64,000 nt of DNA from an uncultured delta proteobacterium (GCA_963843145.1 CAWJJC010000027.1:320001-384000), one strand, 5' to 3'; positions 19,757-31,787 are shown, counted from the first letter of the stretch. Numbers and translations are program-made. Notes: generated by a model from the sequence alone, not told the origin.

Positions 19757-20215
19757 CTACAATAGCGACCGGATCAGCCGCTCGATCTCGTTCTTGGGCA
19801 GGGCCCCTACCTGGCGGTTGACTAATTGCCCCCCTTTAAAAAAAAGGAGCGTCGGGATGCTCTGAATTTGAAATTGCCCGGCGATCCTCTGATTCTGATC
19901 CGTGTTCAATTTGGCGATTTTAACCCGTCCGGCGTATTCCCCGGCCAATTGGTCCATGATCGGCCCTACCGTTCGGCAGGGGCCGCACCAGGGGGCCCAG
20001 CAGTCCACCAGCACCGGTCCCGTGTGCTGGATCACTTCCCGGGCAAAGGTCTGGTCGCTCACTTCCACCGGGCGACCCGGAAAAGACCCTGCCGCCGGCA
20101 ATGGAGTTTTGCATTTACCGCAAACCGCCCGGTCCTTTTGCCGGGCCGCGGGAATTCTATTTTTTGCCCCGCATCGGGGACAAGGAACAATAAGCGTATC
20201 ACCGGTCATGGCCAC
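19757..20215 (-). CDS. trxC: Thioredoxin 2 with N-terminal zinc finger
   Basis: CPRC...CGKC plus WAPWCGPC. Confidence 0.93.
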   Translation of the reverse strand: MAMTGDTLIVPCPRCGAKNRIPAARQKDRAVCGKCKTPLPAAGSFPGRPVEVSDQTFAREVIQHTGPVLVDCWAPWCGPCRTVGPIMDQLAGEYAGRVKIAKLNTDQNQRIAGQFQIQSIPTLLFFKGGQLVNRQVGALPKNEIERLIRSLL

Positions 20216-20272
20216 CCCCTTGATTGCTTTAATTAATAGAAAGTAAGAATGGTTGGACTCAAAATCAAGATA

Positions 20273-21169
20273 TTATCTTTTATTGACCCAATAAATCCCC
20301 ACGGAGATCAGGGCCAGGGAGATCAGCAGGGAGAGGCTGATCGGTTCCCCCAACAACAGGCTGCTGAGGAAGACCCCGGAGATGGGAGTAAAAAAGGAAA
20401 AAGCGGCCAACGTGGTGGCGGGGTAGATATGCAAAAGATAAAACCAGGCCCAGTAACTCAACCAGGCCACGATAATCGTTTGATAAAATAGTGAAAGAAG
20501 TATCGTTTGATCGAGATACCGGATGGGACTCCCCTCCAGGAAGAAACTCAAGCCAAACAGGACCGGAGCGGAAAACAACAGTTGATAGATCAGGGTTTGA
20601 AAGGCGCTGCAGGAGCGGATCAGAAATTTTTTGATATACAGCGTGGTGGCTGCCCAGCCCAACGCGCCCAGCAGGACATAAAAATCTCCCTTCAAGACGG
20701 TGGCCGAAAAATGCCGCAAGCCTTCCGAGAAGGCGAAGGCCAGTCCGGTAAAAGCCAGGAGCAATCCCGCGAACCGCTTCCAGCTCAGACGATCCCCCGG
20801 AAGGAAGTAATGCGCCCCCAGGGCCACCCAGAAGGGATGGGTGTACAGGAAGATATAAGCCCGGCCGGCAAAGGTATAGCGTTGGGACAAGTAAATAAAG
20901 GCGAACTCCACCCCGAAAAGCACCCCCACAATAACCGCGTGCATTTTATTGAAGGCCGGTGGGAAGACCCGCTCTTTCCGAATACGCATCCAGAAATACA
21001 TCAGACCGGCGGCCACCAGGGAACGCAGTCCCGCCGTGAACATCGGGGCCATTCCCCGGTTGGTGAATTTGATGGCCGCCATGTTCCCGCCCCAGAGGGT
21101 GCAGAGGATCAGCAGAATGACAACGGCTTTCCAGTCCAAATGGGTTTTTTGCGTATAGAGGGAGGACAT
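20273..21169 (-). CDS. EamA/DMT family transporter
   Basis: About 10 hydrophobic helices; LWGGN, LRSLVA and repeated EamA units. Confidence 0.92.
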   Translation of the reverse strand: MSSLYTQKTHLDWKAVVILLILCTLWGGNMAAIKFTNRGMAPMFTAGLRSLVAAGLMYFWMRIRKERVFPPAFNKMHAVIVGVLFGVEFAFIYLSQRYTFAGRAYIFLYTHPFWVALGAHYFLPGDRLSWKRFAGLLLAFTGLAFAFSEGLRHFSATVLKGDFYVLLGALGWAATTLYIKKFLIRSCSAFQTLIYQLLFSAPVLFGLSFFLEGSPIRYLDQTILLSLFYQTIIVAWLSYWAWFYLLHIYPATTLAAFSFFTPISGVFLSSLLLGEPISLSLLISLALISVGIYWVNKR

Positions 21170-21207
21170 GAGGGAAGGAGACGGGTGGTTTTACGTATGG
21201 GGTCCTT

Positions 21208-21334
21208 AAATCCGAAATCCGAAACACGAAATCCGAAACAAGCACGAAGGTCCAAAATCCAAATGATCAAAACAAAAACGTTTCGAATTTTGAGGTTTGG
21301 GCATTTGAATTTGTTTCGAGTTTCCGATTTTGTT
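21208..21334. repeat. CGAAAT(C/T)-heptamer hairpin element, copy A
   Basis: Near reverse complement of 33316-33452. Confidence 0.9.
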
Positions 21335-21391
21335 TTCTAATTTAATTTTTTTGAGGCCCCCTTCGGTTAGCCTCGGGAGGCTTCAAAAAAA

Positions 21392-22132
21392 TTAGACGAT
21401 ACCAAAAATATTCCGGGCGTTCTGATTGGTCCTTAAAACGACTTCTTCCGGATCCATCCGCTTAATCCGGGCCAGCTCGGTCAAGCTCTGGATCACCTGG
21501 GCCGGCCGGGCTTCCACCCCCTGATAGCGCACCGGAGAATCGGTTTCCAGCAGTATCTGTTTGAGGGGCGTGACGGCTACGGCTTCCTGGTGTTTGGGAC
21601 TGTAGGCCAGCGCCGGAGTGGCGGAGATGGAATATCCCTGGAGCAAAAGGTTCTTCAGGACTTCTATCGGGCCGCTGTACCAATGAAAAATGGCCTGGGT
21701 GAGGTCATTCTTCCGGACCAGCTCATAGCTCTCCTCATGGGCCAACCGAGAATGGATGATAACCGGCTTTTTTCTTTTCCAGGCCAGATCCAACAGGTCC
21801 TGAAAAACCAGATATTGCAATTCTTTTTCCACCGGGACCTTAAAATCCAGCCCTATTTCACCTAACGCCACGACCTGATCCAGATGCTCTTGAATAAACA
21901 GCAGATTGTCCCGCACCCCCGACAAGGTTATTTTCCAGGGGTGGTAGCCGATAGCCGGATAAACGAAGCCGGGATAGCGGCGGGCCAGGTCCAGGATCTT
22001 TTTGTTGGAGACTAAATCCATGCCCACGGCCACAATGGCCGCGACATTGGCCTCGCGAGCTTCTTGGAGGACCCGGTCCGGATCAGGGAATTCGTCCAGA
22101 TGGACATGCGTATCAATGACCGGGATATTCAT
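21392..22132 (-). CDS. tatD: TatD family hydrolase
   Basis: DTHVH, GYHP, GEIGLD, IIHSR, LLETDSP. Confidence 0.93.
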   Translation of the reverse strand: MNIPVIDTHVHLDEFPDPDRVLQEAREANVAAIVAVGMDLVSNKKILDLARRYPGFVYPAIGYHPWKITLSGVRDNLLFIQEHLDQVVALGEIGLDFKVPVEKELQYLVFQDLLDLAWKRKKPVIIHSRLAHEESYELVRKNDLTQAIFHWYSGPIEVLKNLLLQGYSISATPALAYSPKHQEAVAVTPLKQILLETDSPVRYQGVEARPAQVIQSLTELARIKRMDPEEVVLRTNQNARNIFGIV

Positions 22133-22239
22133 TGTTGGGCTTTTTGCGAGATTCTCATGGATTAACTATAGTATTCCCCGTCCGAATTCGCAACCCAATT
22201 ATCCGTTACGGCGGGACCGACCGGTTGTCTTTTTGTCGC

Positions 22240-22329
22240 TTCGCCCTTTTGGGTGGGTGGCCACAATACAGGGTAGCCCAGTCTTAAATCGGAACTGTGT
22301 GGCCGCCGGGCCTCGGCGAAAGGGTTTTC
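22240..22329. repeat. Unrecognised ~90-nt dispersed element, copy 2
   Basis: Homologous to 11205-11294; begins 4 nt past the pbpC stop. Confidence 0.85.
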
Positions 22330-22333
22330 CTCC

Positions 22334-24472
22334 TTATTTAACCACAAACGCCACGGAATCGACGAGACGGTTTTCCCGGTCCACCAGGGACAATACAAAT
22401 TTCCCGCGCTCCGGTTTCCATAAAAACAGCGGATCGGAATTGCCGGTCTTCCGGTCGTTTATCACCCACTCGTACGGGTGGGTGGGAGGCTGAAATTGAA
22501 AAGGGACCCGCTGCAGGTCTTCCGGGATTTCGGGATCGAGGCTGATCAGCGTATCCGGGGCCGGGTAGATGATCCGGGGTTTCTGATAGTTCGTATCCAG
22601 CCGGACGGGGAAAACCGGTTCGCTGCCCTTTAGAAACCGCTCTTCTCTTGGCGGTTCCAGGTCCTGATGATAGGAAACCCGGGCCGCCGTCACCCCGGCG
22701 GATAATCGGGGAGGGTTGGAAGGCCGGTTGGCGTGCAGGGTATTCATCATCTCCAGCCAGACCGGCGCCGCTCCGGATACACCGCTCACATTTTTCATCG
22801 GCTCCCCGGAAAAATTCCCCACCCAGACCCCCACCGTATATTTCTCCGAATATCCCAGACACCAGTTATCGCGCATGTCCTTGCTGGTCCCGGTCTTGAC
22901 GGCGGTCCAAAACCGGGTGGACAAAGAATTTTCAAGTCCGAAGGTGATGCTTCGAGCTTCCCGGTCGGCCAGGATATGGGAGACGATCCAGGCCGCGTTT
23001 TTATCGAAGACCCGCACCGGATTTCCCGTCTTTTGATCCGGGCGGAGTTTCAGTTCACTCCATTGCCCCCCATTGGCCAGGGTTCGATAGGCGTTAGCCA
23101 GTTCGCGGAGGGTAATGTCCGCCGAGCCGAGGGCCAGAGAATACCCGTAATAGTCCGCCTCTTCGGTCAGGCTGTCAAAGCCCAACTGCTTGAGCCGGTC
23201 CCTAAAGGGCTGGAGGCCGACCAGCAGCAGGGTCCGGACCGCGGGGATATTGATCGAGGCTGAGAGTGCCGTCCGGACACTCACCGGACCTCTGAATAAA
23301 TGGTCATAATTTTGGGGAACATAAAGCCCCGTTGCCGTGGGCACCTGGAGCGGGGAATCATCGAGGAGCGAGGCCGGGGTCAGGAGTCCTTTTTCAATGG
23401 CCAACCCGTACAGAAAGGGTTTGAGCGTTGATCCGGCCTGTCTTCGGGCGGTGACCCCATCCACCCAGGAGGCGCTGGCGGTCGGCCCGCTGTTCCCCAC
23501 ATAGGCCAGGATTTCACCCGTCCCATTGTCGATGACCAGAACCGCCCCATCGGAGACCCGGCCGTCCTTTAAGCTACCCAAGGCTTGGTTCAGCGTTTCC
23601 AGGGCCAACCGTTGCAACCGGCCGTCAATGGTGGAAACGACTCTGGTTTCCCCATCCTGCATCAGGATCCGGGCCGCCTGGGGGGCCAGGGCGGCTGCGG
23701 GTCTTATCCGGTAAGCGGTTCGCAACCGTTCATCGGCCAGGGCTTTAATCGTCGGAGCGGCAGTCGCTGCGCCCAGGGACTGCCCCAGGAAACAGGCCCG
23801 CTTGATGATACGGTCTACGGGGGCATTGGGCGCGGTAATGAGTGCGGCCAGGATCAAGGATTCGGCTTCGTTCAATCCGCTGGGTTCTTTGTCGAAAAGC
23901 CCCCGGGAGGCGGCGGACAACCCCTGCAATTCAACCCGGTAGGAAACCAGGTTGACATAGGCTTCGAGAATCTGTTCCTTGGACCAGGTCTTTTCCAGCT
24001 CCAGGGCGGCCAGCATCTGGTTCCATTTCTGTTTTAAAGTCCTCCTCCCCTTCCGAGGTTTGAGCCTTTTCTGGAGCAGACCGGAAAGCTGCATGGTGAT
24101 CGTGCTGCCACCCCTCTTCCGCTCCGCCAACGGATTTTCTAAAGCGGAGGCGGCCAATCCCAACCAGTCCACTCCATGATGCCGATAAAACCGCCGATCT
24201 TCCGCCCCCAGGAGCGCCTGAAGGAAGGCCGGAGAAATCTCTTTCCAGGAGACCCAGGCCAGCCTCCGGCCCTGCTTATCAATCCTCAACTCCTGAATGA
24301 CCTGTCCTTGTCGGTCGAGAAGCAGGGCATCCGATTTTTTATAGGCATTTTTAACCGTTTCAAAGGAGGGCGATTTCTGAAGATCGGCCGCGCTGATCAA
24401 ACAAATCCCCAGCCCGACCAGGAGAATAACCAGGGAAAGCGCGACCCATTTCAGTATTCGGGACTTATTCAT
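22334..24472 (-). CDS. pbpC: Penicillin-binding protein 1C
   Basis: EDRRF, GGSTITMQ, STLK, KTG and a C-terminal BiPBP domain; downstream of A2M. Start reassigned to MNKSR. Confidence 0.95.
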   Translation of the reverse strand: MNKSRILKWVALSLVILLVGLGICLISAADLQKSPSFETVKNAYKKSDALLLDRQGQVIQELRIDKQGRRLAWVSWKEISPAFLQALLGAEDRRFYRHHGVDWLGLAASALENPLAERKRGGSTITMQLSGLLQKRLKPRKGRRTLKQKWNQMLAALELEKTWSKEQILEAYVNLVSYRVELQGLSAASRGLFDKEPSGLNEAESLILAALITAPNAPVDRIIKRACFLGQSLGAATAAPTIKALADERLRTAYRIRPAAALAPQAARILMQDGETRVVSTIDGRLQRLALETLNQALGSLKDGRVSDGAVLVIDNGTGEILAYVGNSGPTASASWVDGVTARRQAGSTLKPFLYGLAIEKGLLTPASLLDDSPLQVPTATGLYVPQNYDHLFRGPVSVRTALSASINIPAVRTLLLVGLQPFRDRLKQLGFDSLTEEADYYGYSLALGSADITLRELANAYRTLANGGQWSELKLRPDQKTGNPVRVFDKNAAWIVSHILADREARSITFGLENSLSTRFWTAVKTGTSKDMRDNWCLGYSEKYTVGVWVGNFSGEPMKNVSGVSGAAPVWLEMMNTLHANRPSNPPRLSAGVTAARVSYHQDLEPPREERFLKGSEPVFPVRLDTNYQKPRIIYPAPDTLISLDPEIPEDLQRVPFQFQPPTHPYEWVINDRKTGNSDPLFLWKPERGKFVLSLVDRENRLVDSVAFVVK

Positions 24473-24487
24473 AGTATCATTTGACGT

Positions 24488-25036
24488 ATTGAACGTCGAA
24501 CATCCAACATCGAACATCGAACATCGAATGAAGGTTTGTTTTTCGTAGGGCCGGCGACCCCGCCGGCCGGCTGAGTGAGGGATAGGGTGCCCTGCACATC
24601 CAAGGTAAGGCTACGGCGACGGTGACCAAATCCGGCCCCGATTTGGGCGGCGAGGTCGCCGCCCCTACGAAAGACCACTTCGTCATTCGGGATTCGAAGT
24701 CGGAAATTCGAAATTCGTTTCTATTTTCATACTAACCCCCCATGCCCGGGGCGGGCACCCACGAAGCATGAAAATACATGGACTTGCCAGCAAAGACGTC
24801 ATTGCGAGGAGTGGAGCGACGAAGCAATCCCCCAACTGGCTCCCGGGTTCCTCTAAGCTGTCGATGGGGATTGCTTCGCTCCGCTCGCAATGACCGGAGC
24901 TGGGGCTATTTTCGTATTAAACCCCCATGCCCGCGGGCGGGCGCCCAAACGCATGAAAATATTTCAATAAATACTCACAGCCGAGGGCGGCTGTGCTACA
25001 TTATGCTGTGGCCACCCTCCAGGAGGGTGAACAACC
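24488..25036. repeat. Stack of several repeat families between A2M and pbpC
   Basis: AACATCG array (24490-24530); GTAGGG...CCCTAC pair (24545-24668); CGAAATT array (24685-24717); ~56-nt direct repeat (24721-24776 / 24906-24961) bracketing a GTCATTGCGAG...CTCGCAATGAC palindrome (24798-24894); CACAGCCG hairpin; partial 90-nt element (24995-25036). Confidence 0.88.
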
Positions 25037-25038
25037 CA

Positions 25039-28000
25039 TCATTTTTTTATCTCCATCTTCCGGTTCGGCAGTTCTCCGAACATCTCCGGGGAATAGAGGG
25101 CCTCGGCCCGGGTTTCCGGCAAATAAAAGAGGCCTTCATTATTGAGCCGGAGGGTGTATTCCACCGTCCATTTCCCCTTGGGGACAAATTCGTAATAAAC
25201 CCTCAACGCTTCAAAAGAACGTTCCCGGAAAGCCTCCCAGGGCCGGCCCTGCTCCTGCTCGCCCCCGGAGAGCAGACTTGAATCCCTTCCCAGACCGCTG
25301 CCGAGTATCAGCGCCCCTCCGGGGATGGGATCACTGACCACGACCCAGGTCCGATCCGCCTGGGATTCCAATTCGATCCGCACCCGGATCACGTCGCCCT
25401 TGCTCCAAAGGCCCTTAATTTTTTGCTCCATCGGAATGAGCGTCTTTTTGATGGCATACCCGGTGAAAAAAGGCTGCTTCAAAGGGATGGCCGCCCGGCT
25501 GGTGACAATGGCCCAGGGGTTTCCGGCGCCTTTATGAGTAATTTGAAGGGCTTCTCTCTTTTTGCCCCAAGGAAAGGCGATCTCCCCTCCGGCCGGGTTC
25601 TTCCTCCAGTCCAGCGTTTGCGTTTTATTCGAGAGCGCCGCCTCGGTGAAACCGGTGACGGGTCCCGATTCGTGGATCGCCCCGAATTTTTCCAGGGCCA
25701 GCAGGCCCCAGGCATTGGCCGGGGTCGTATCCCAGTGTCCCCTTTTCATTCGCTCCAACAGACCCCGAACCATTCGGGGCTGATCTTCCTTCCAGCCCTC
25801 CAAAGGGAGGGTGGTCAGCAGCGCCCTGACGGCATTGGTGTCCGGGCTGGCCATGAGCCACCAAAGATTGTCCGTCTTTTCGCTGGAAAAGCCCAAAAGG
25901 GTTCCCTGGAGATTCATCCGCGAGCGGAGGCTTTGCTCGGCTTCCCTCAGTTTTTTCAGCCGGTCGGGGAGCTCTTTAACCCGCTGCAGGACGTTTATCC
26001 AGTCCAGGACCGCCGAGGTGGGCCAGAGCGAAGGTTCCGGGACAATGGTGGTCAGCAGCCCGGCGGGTGCTTCTCCGTAACGGGAAAGGGCCTCCATGGC
26101 GGACAGTTTCCTTAAGGTCAGGTCGGCCGCCGGCCAAACGGACTGCCGGATGACCCGTCCTTCGATGAAGGCTTTAAGCCCCTGGAGCATCTGTTTTCTC
26201 AACGGGCCGGGGATCTCCTGCCCGGCCTCCTGGCTGATGGAGAGCACGTAGGCCGTCAGGACCTCGCTTCCCTGTTTCATGTTGGGAAAATATTTGGCCA
26301 GGCCCTGATCGTCGAGATAGGAAGGGAGTTCTGCCATCAGGGACGGCCAGGCCTCCTTTTCCCGCGCCACGATAGCCTTGGAGAGTTTCTGTTCCAGGCA
26401 AAGGTAGGGGTATTTTTTCATGTACTCGATCAGGGCGCCAAGACCCTCCAGCAATTTAGGCTTCAACGCCAGGCGGGTCCCGCCCCGGCCGGGAACAGCG
26501 TCTCCGGGCATCTCCACCTCCAAACGCACCGGATCCTTGAGCTGAAAAAGGGTGGCCTGAACGGTTCGCACCGAAACGGCGGGGGCTATTTTCTGGGAGA
26601 CCTTGATCCGGTCCCGGGCGGTCCCTCCCACTTCCTGGATCAAGGCCTCGTAGTCCGTTCTTTCAATCCCCAGGGGCGCGGTAACCTCCCAGCCGATTTC
26701 TTTGGCCTCACCGGCCGGGATGGTTTCTTTGACCGGTTCTCTGGCTTGTTTTCCCCGGACATCCTGCATCGCCAGGGCGGCCTCCACCCGCATTTCTCTG
26801 GTAGAGGCGTTCCGCACGGTGAAGCCGGCCCAAAAACGGTCCCCTTCCCGCACCAGCGGGGGGATCCCCGAGAGAATCATCAGTTCCTGGGCGGCCCGGA
26901 TGCTGGTGCCACCCGTCCCAAAATAACCTGCTCCTCCGTTGGCCACCGCCGTTATTCGGAAGGAGGTCAGGGAATCGTTGAGGGGAAACTTTACCTCGGC
27001 TTCGCCGTTTTCATCCAAAAGCACCACCCCTTTCCAGTAGACAAGGGTATTGAACAATTCCCGGGTGAACTGCCTTCCACCGCCGCCTCCGTGCGGGAGG
27101 GCCTTGCGGCCGAAATGCCTTTTCCCGATCACCATCATCTGGGCGGTGGCCGTCTCCACGTCGCACCCGGCCCGCTTCATCATCGCCTCCAGCAGTTTCC
27201 AACTTTCATTGGGCTTCAGCTCCAACAGGCCTTCATCGACCACGGCCACAGCCGCTTCACTTCCTGGGGGAGGCGGCTTCCCGTCGGCGGTTCTGACCCT
27301 TATCCGGACCGCCACGGTTTCCCGGGCCGTATAGGTTTTCTTATCCGACGACACCTCCACCTTCAACTCGTGGGCCTTCCAGCCCACCCGGATCTCAGTC
27401 AGACCCAGTTTGTAGGCGGGCTTCCCCGGATCAAAGGCGGCGGTCGGCCGGCTCCCGGTAACCCGGCCTCTAACCACCAGGGCGGAGATAAATACATTGG
27501 GCGCGTAATTCGCTTTCACCGGAATTTCTACCATGGGATTCGCCCGGGAAAGTCTCTTGATATAGGCTTCCAGGACCCCTTCCCGTTCCACGGTAATCAG
27601 GGCCGTGGCCTCCCGAAAAGGCAGCTTCACCTGAAAGCGGGCCTGTTCGCCGGGCTCCCATTGTCTCTTATCCGGAAGGATATCCATGCGGTCATCGTTT
27701 CGGGCTTCCAACCAAAGGTCGTCCTTCCCGGGAATCCAGATCTCCAGGTGCGTCAGGGCCCGGGGGCCTGATTCGCCGGAGACTTCGGCCTGAATGAGCA
27801 GCGAACCGGTAACGGGCGATGGGGCGTCAACGTGCAAAATCCCGTTTCGGTCTGTTTTGCCCTGAAAATGCGGGCCGATTTCCTTAATCTCGTTTACATG
27901 TTCGTAGGCATAAAATCCTCCAGCCAGGCGTTTCCGGTGAGAATAGGTTTTTCTCTGAAAGAGGGTCGTCTTCACCTCCACAGCGGGCCTCGGCCGGCCT

Positions 28001-30752
28001 TTCAAATCCAGGACCACCACCTGATAGCTGAGAGAAGCCGCGGAAGGCTCCCGGACACCGAGGGTGATCCCCACCAGCCAAGGAGCAGGATAGGTGGGGA
28101 TTCGAGTAGCCACGGTTTGCATTTCCCCGTTGGGGTCCCGGAATTCAAGTTCGGCCAGGAGATCCAGCGGGGTATCGGCGGCCGGGAGTCCTGATAGCCT
28201 CGTTCGGGCCCCGCCTTGTTTATCCAGGGTCAGTTCCCGGGTCTGAAGAACTTTCCTTTTTTGCTGAGCGCCGGGATCTCCCGACCCTTCTTCCTCCTCC
28301 TCTAAGGTCACGTCAGACCGCTCGAATTTTTCCAGGCCGGTTTTAACTCCACCATTGGAAAAAATCGTTTCTTCATAATCCGGAAAAACGATCGATCGGG
28401 GTTGAATTTCTGTGCGGATCTTTACCGGCAGATGGGCGGCCCCGCCTCCGGAGAGAAAGCTGACCGCCAGGTCCACCTCCAGCTCCCGGGCGTTGACCAC
28501 TGGTTCTCGGGGGCCCTGGATGACCGCCTTCATCAAGGGGACACGGAATTCCTCCACCCGGAAAGATCCGCTGGAGATTCTTGAACCGGAACCGGGACGC
28601 GCCGGGTCGGAGGGGACAGACAGGTAAACTTCATAGGTCCCTAATTTGGCCCGTTCCGGTATCTTGAAAACGGTCTCGGCCGTCCCATTGGCCCGCCACT
28701 TCAGAGGAAACACGGTCGGCTGATTACTGCCCGTCTGTTCCACCACCACTTCCTTAAGCTCCTTGATTTCCGGGGGGATGAAAAGCCCCTTGGGGGAGCG
28801 ACGTCGAACCAGGTGCTTCATATGGACTTCTTCCCCGGCTCGAAAAAGGGTGCGGTCCAAAACCGTGTGGGCCAAAACACCCAGCCGGTCATCGGAGGTC
28901 CCGGTGGGAACATTAAACCGCCAGGGTTCTATCCCCTGGTTCCAACTGGAATGGGTGAAGGTCAGGTCCTGTCCGGCCCTGGCAAAAACAAATAGGCCTC
29001 CCCGGAGTCCGGAAAGGGCCGGGGTATATTCTTCTACTTCCTCCTTGTCCGAACAGCGGCGGAGACTGTCCTCGGAAGGCAGAGGGATTGCGATTTTAGC
29101 CAGTCCGCGTTCATCGGTTTTCCCCTCCCAGAGACGTTTTCCCGCGCAGTCCCGGAGGGTGACCGCGGCCTCCTTTACCGGTTCCCCTTTATCCAGCGTA
29201 GTCACCCAGACCAGGGAGGAAGCCTTACCCCATTTTAGATGGGCCGACAAGTTGGTCACCAGAGCGGCGGTCGGCACATACATAGGCGCCGGCCTGGCCA
29301 ACAGACGGGATCCCAAGATAGCGCTCTCCAGTTCCACCACAAAAAAACCAGGCGCTGGGAGAGGAATGCCGATCACTTCAAATTCTTTTGGGCCTCCGGG
29401 TTTTGGGAGGGTCAGCTTTTGAATTTTTTCCCGCCCCTTCAGGAGAGATGTTTTCCTTTTTGCCTTTCTGAGGATGTTCAACCATTCAATGATCTTTTCT
29501 TCTTCATTCCCCCGGACCTGCAAAAGGTTCCCTTTTATCTTTAAGTCGGCGCTCTGGCTCTCCCCTTTCCCCGCCCCGCCGGCTTCCGCCGGCTCTTGGG
29601 TGCCGGTCATCCGGGCCAGGACCTCGGCCTCCAGGTTTCTCACGGTCACCGGCAGCAGAGGGGTCTCCTCCGATTCGATAATCCCAAATCGGGCGGCGAA
29701 CTTGGCCAGCGAAGGATAGCGATCGGTTTTCACAGCAAGCGGGAATTTGTCCTGATTGGTCAGGGGCCGTCCTGAATCGTCTTTAATATTTTTGGGCAGG
29801 TGCAACGTCAAGGATTGATTTTCCGGGAAAGGACCCTCAAAAACGACCCGGTCTACATAGGAACCGGATTCCCACGGTTCTTTGGGCTTCCATATTTTTC
29901 CGCTTTTACTTTTCAGCCTGATCTCCCGGGCTGTATCCCAGGCCACCGGCGCGGAGAAATTCAAGGTCAACGGCAAAAGCGGAATGAAGCCCATGGCGGG
30001 TTTCTCTTTTTTCCCTGATACCTTGGCCAAAAATAGTTCCCGTGTTTTAAAAACCAGGACCTGGTCATGGGTACTGGGAACACCACTGGCCGACCGGACC
30101 CCTTTTCCCCAGATGATCTTGACTTCCGATTCCGGCGGAAAGGTTTGCCGACATTGAAAAACGAGGGTGGGCCCCGGGTCTTTTCTAACTTTTAAGGACT
30201 CAAATAATTTTTCTTTTTCCGGACCCTGGATCAGCCTCAGGCCCACCCGTTCCTGAACCCCTTCCACCGAGCAGTAGACCGCTTTCAGAATCGAGGCCGC
30301 CTCAGGTTCCGCATCCAGGGAGAAGATAAAGACCTGACGTTCATCGATCCGCTGACTCCCTTCTTCCGGCCTGGAGGCCCGGACCGCCGGACCGCCTGTA
30401 TTGAAGGAAAACTTTTTTTGACCGCCGAGAGTCTCTCCGGCCAGGGTTTTCAGATCCGGCTTGAGGATGAATTCGCAGACCTGCCCGGCGGGCAGGTCCC
30501 GCTCAAAGTCATAGACCCAATTCTTGCCGTCCACCCACCGCCCCCGGCCTTTTTCAGCGCATTCGATGGAAAAAGGATCTTCCAGGCGGGGATCTCCGAA
30601 AGGCACCATGGGTTCGGAAAAACGGACCGTCACCTGCCGGACCTCTTTGGCCTCACCCTGGGGGAAAAAAGCTGCACCTGAGCCGCTTCCCCGGCAAAAA
30701 CAAAGCCGGCGAAAAGCAACCCGACAGCCAGAACCTTACACAGGATTTTCAT
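25039..30752 (-). CDS. Bacterial alpha-2-macroglobulin, with an apparent frameshift near the 5' end
   Basis: MG domains (DRTLFRAGE, FRVEEFR), thioester motif YPYLCLEQ, EALYSPE C-terminus. The signal peptide (MKILCKVL...) from 30752 is out of frame at a T6C5 run near 30660-30670. Confidence 0.93.
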
Positions 30753-31070
30753 ATCCACCTCGATCCTTTGATTAAGCTGAATGATATCAGAACGGTTTAT
30801 TATTGGCAACGCCCTCTATGAAAACGGAATTCGAGCGGATTTACCTCCGCCGGCTAACCAAAATTGGTTAGGGTCTGACTGAAAAGCAGGCACCGGGTCT
30901 TAGCCCGTCGAAGGGGGATCAGTTCTGGACAGGCGTTCTAGACGTTTGACGGCGGTCTTGAATCGCTAATAGCGATAGTTAGGGCGAAGGCTGCAACGCA
31001 GCCCTCCGGTTTTGATCAGGATTTTAAAAGATATTAACAGTTAGAACCGACTATCCCCTGGCCTTCCTAT

Positions 31071-31156
31071 CGTCATTCCCGCAGCGATTTTGGGCGGGAA
31101 TCCAGTCCATGTCTGGTGCGATGCTGGATCCCCGATTAAAACACTCGGGGATGACG
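31071..31156. repeat. REP-like palindrome CGTCATTCCCGC...GCGGGAATCCAG...CTGGATCCCCG...CGGGGATGACG
   Basis: Nested inverted repeats; same architecture as 31807-31886. Confidence 0.85.
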
Positions 31157-31375
31157 GTCGGGGTATGAACAGACTATTTTGAGACCCTTAATAAAGGGCC
31201 GAGGGATGGAAATCAGATACGGGCAGGGAAGGGTTTCATTACACCTTAAACGAGGAAGCGACTATTCTTTCTTCTCCGGAGAGGGCGGGCTTGACGCCCG
31301 CCCACATTCCAAGGAGGGATACCCCCCTCCCCCAAATAGGAGAAAATTTCTTCTGCTTATTTTGAAATTGAGGGC

Positions 31376-31702
31376 CTAAGCACAACTGCCGCCGCTGACA
31401 TCCTTTCTATCAAACACCCAAGTATTGTTCGTCTTCTTAAAGGTCAGCTTAATCTGCTTGTTGGTGTCACCCTCAAAATTCCCGCAGAACCAGGTCAATT
31501 CCCGGAAATCCGTCCCCTGGGTCGGGATGGTATAATCCCGGGAGGTGTTGGCGTTATGGATTATGGTGCTGCCGCTAATCGTGTATTGAACATTCACATT
31601 GGCAAAACCTCCTCCGGAGGAAGAGCTGGAATTACAACCGGTCAAGACCAGGGCCAGGCCCAAAAGCAGGGCGATGGCAATTAGAATTTGTGTTCTTTTC
31701 AT
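31376..31702 (-). CDS. Small lipoprotein, unknown function
   Basis: AGGAGG RBS, lipobox LTGC, Ser/Gly linker. Confidence 0.85.
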   Translation of the reverse strand: MKRTQILIAIALLLGLALVLTGCNSSSSSGGGFANVNVQYTISGSTIIHNANTSRDYTIPTQGTDFRELTWFCGNFEGDTNKQIKLTFKKTNNTWVFDRKDVSGGSCA

Positions 31703-31787
31703 TTTGATTATCCTCCTTTTTTTGAATTAGACATTTGCAGGGATAGACGACCGTAACTCAGTAAAGTTAAAAAGCATACTTCACTAA

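Noticed and set aside
24469-24686. ORFs with FDVRCSMLDV-type peptides, including the pbpC N-terminal extension and ORFs 19399-19584, 33359-33577 and 50894-51163
   Set aside because: They are translations of heptamer repeats, not proteins.
22334-30752. A2M-pbpC pairing as a novel system
   Set aside because: This is a well-established conserved gene pair.
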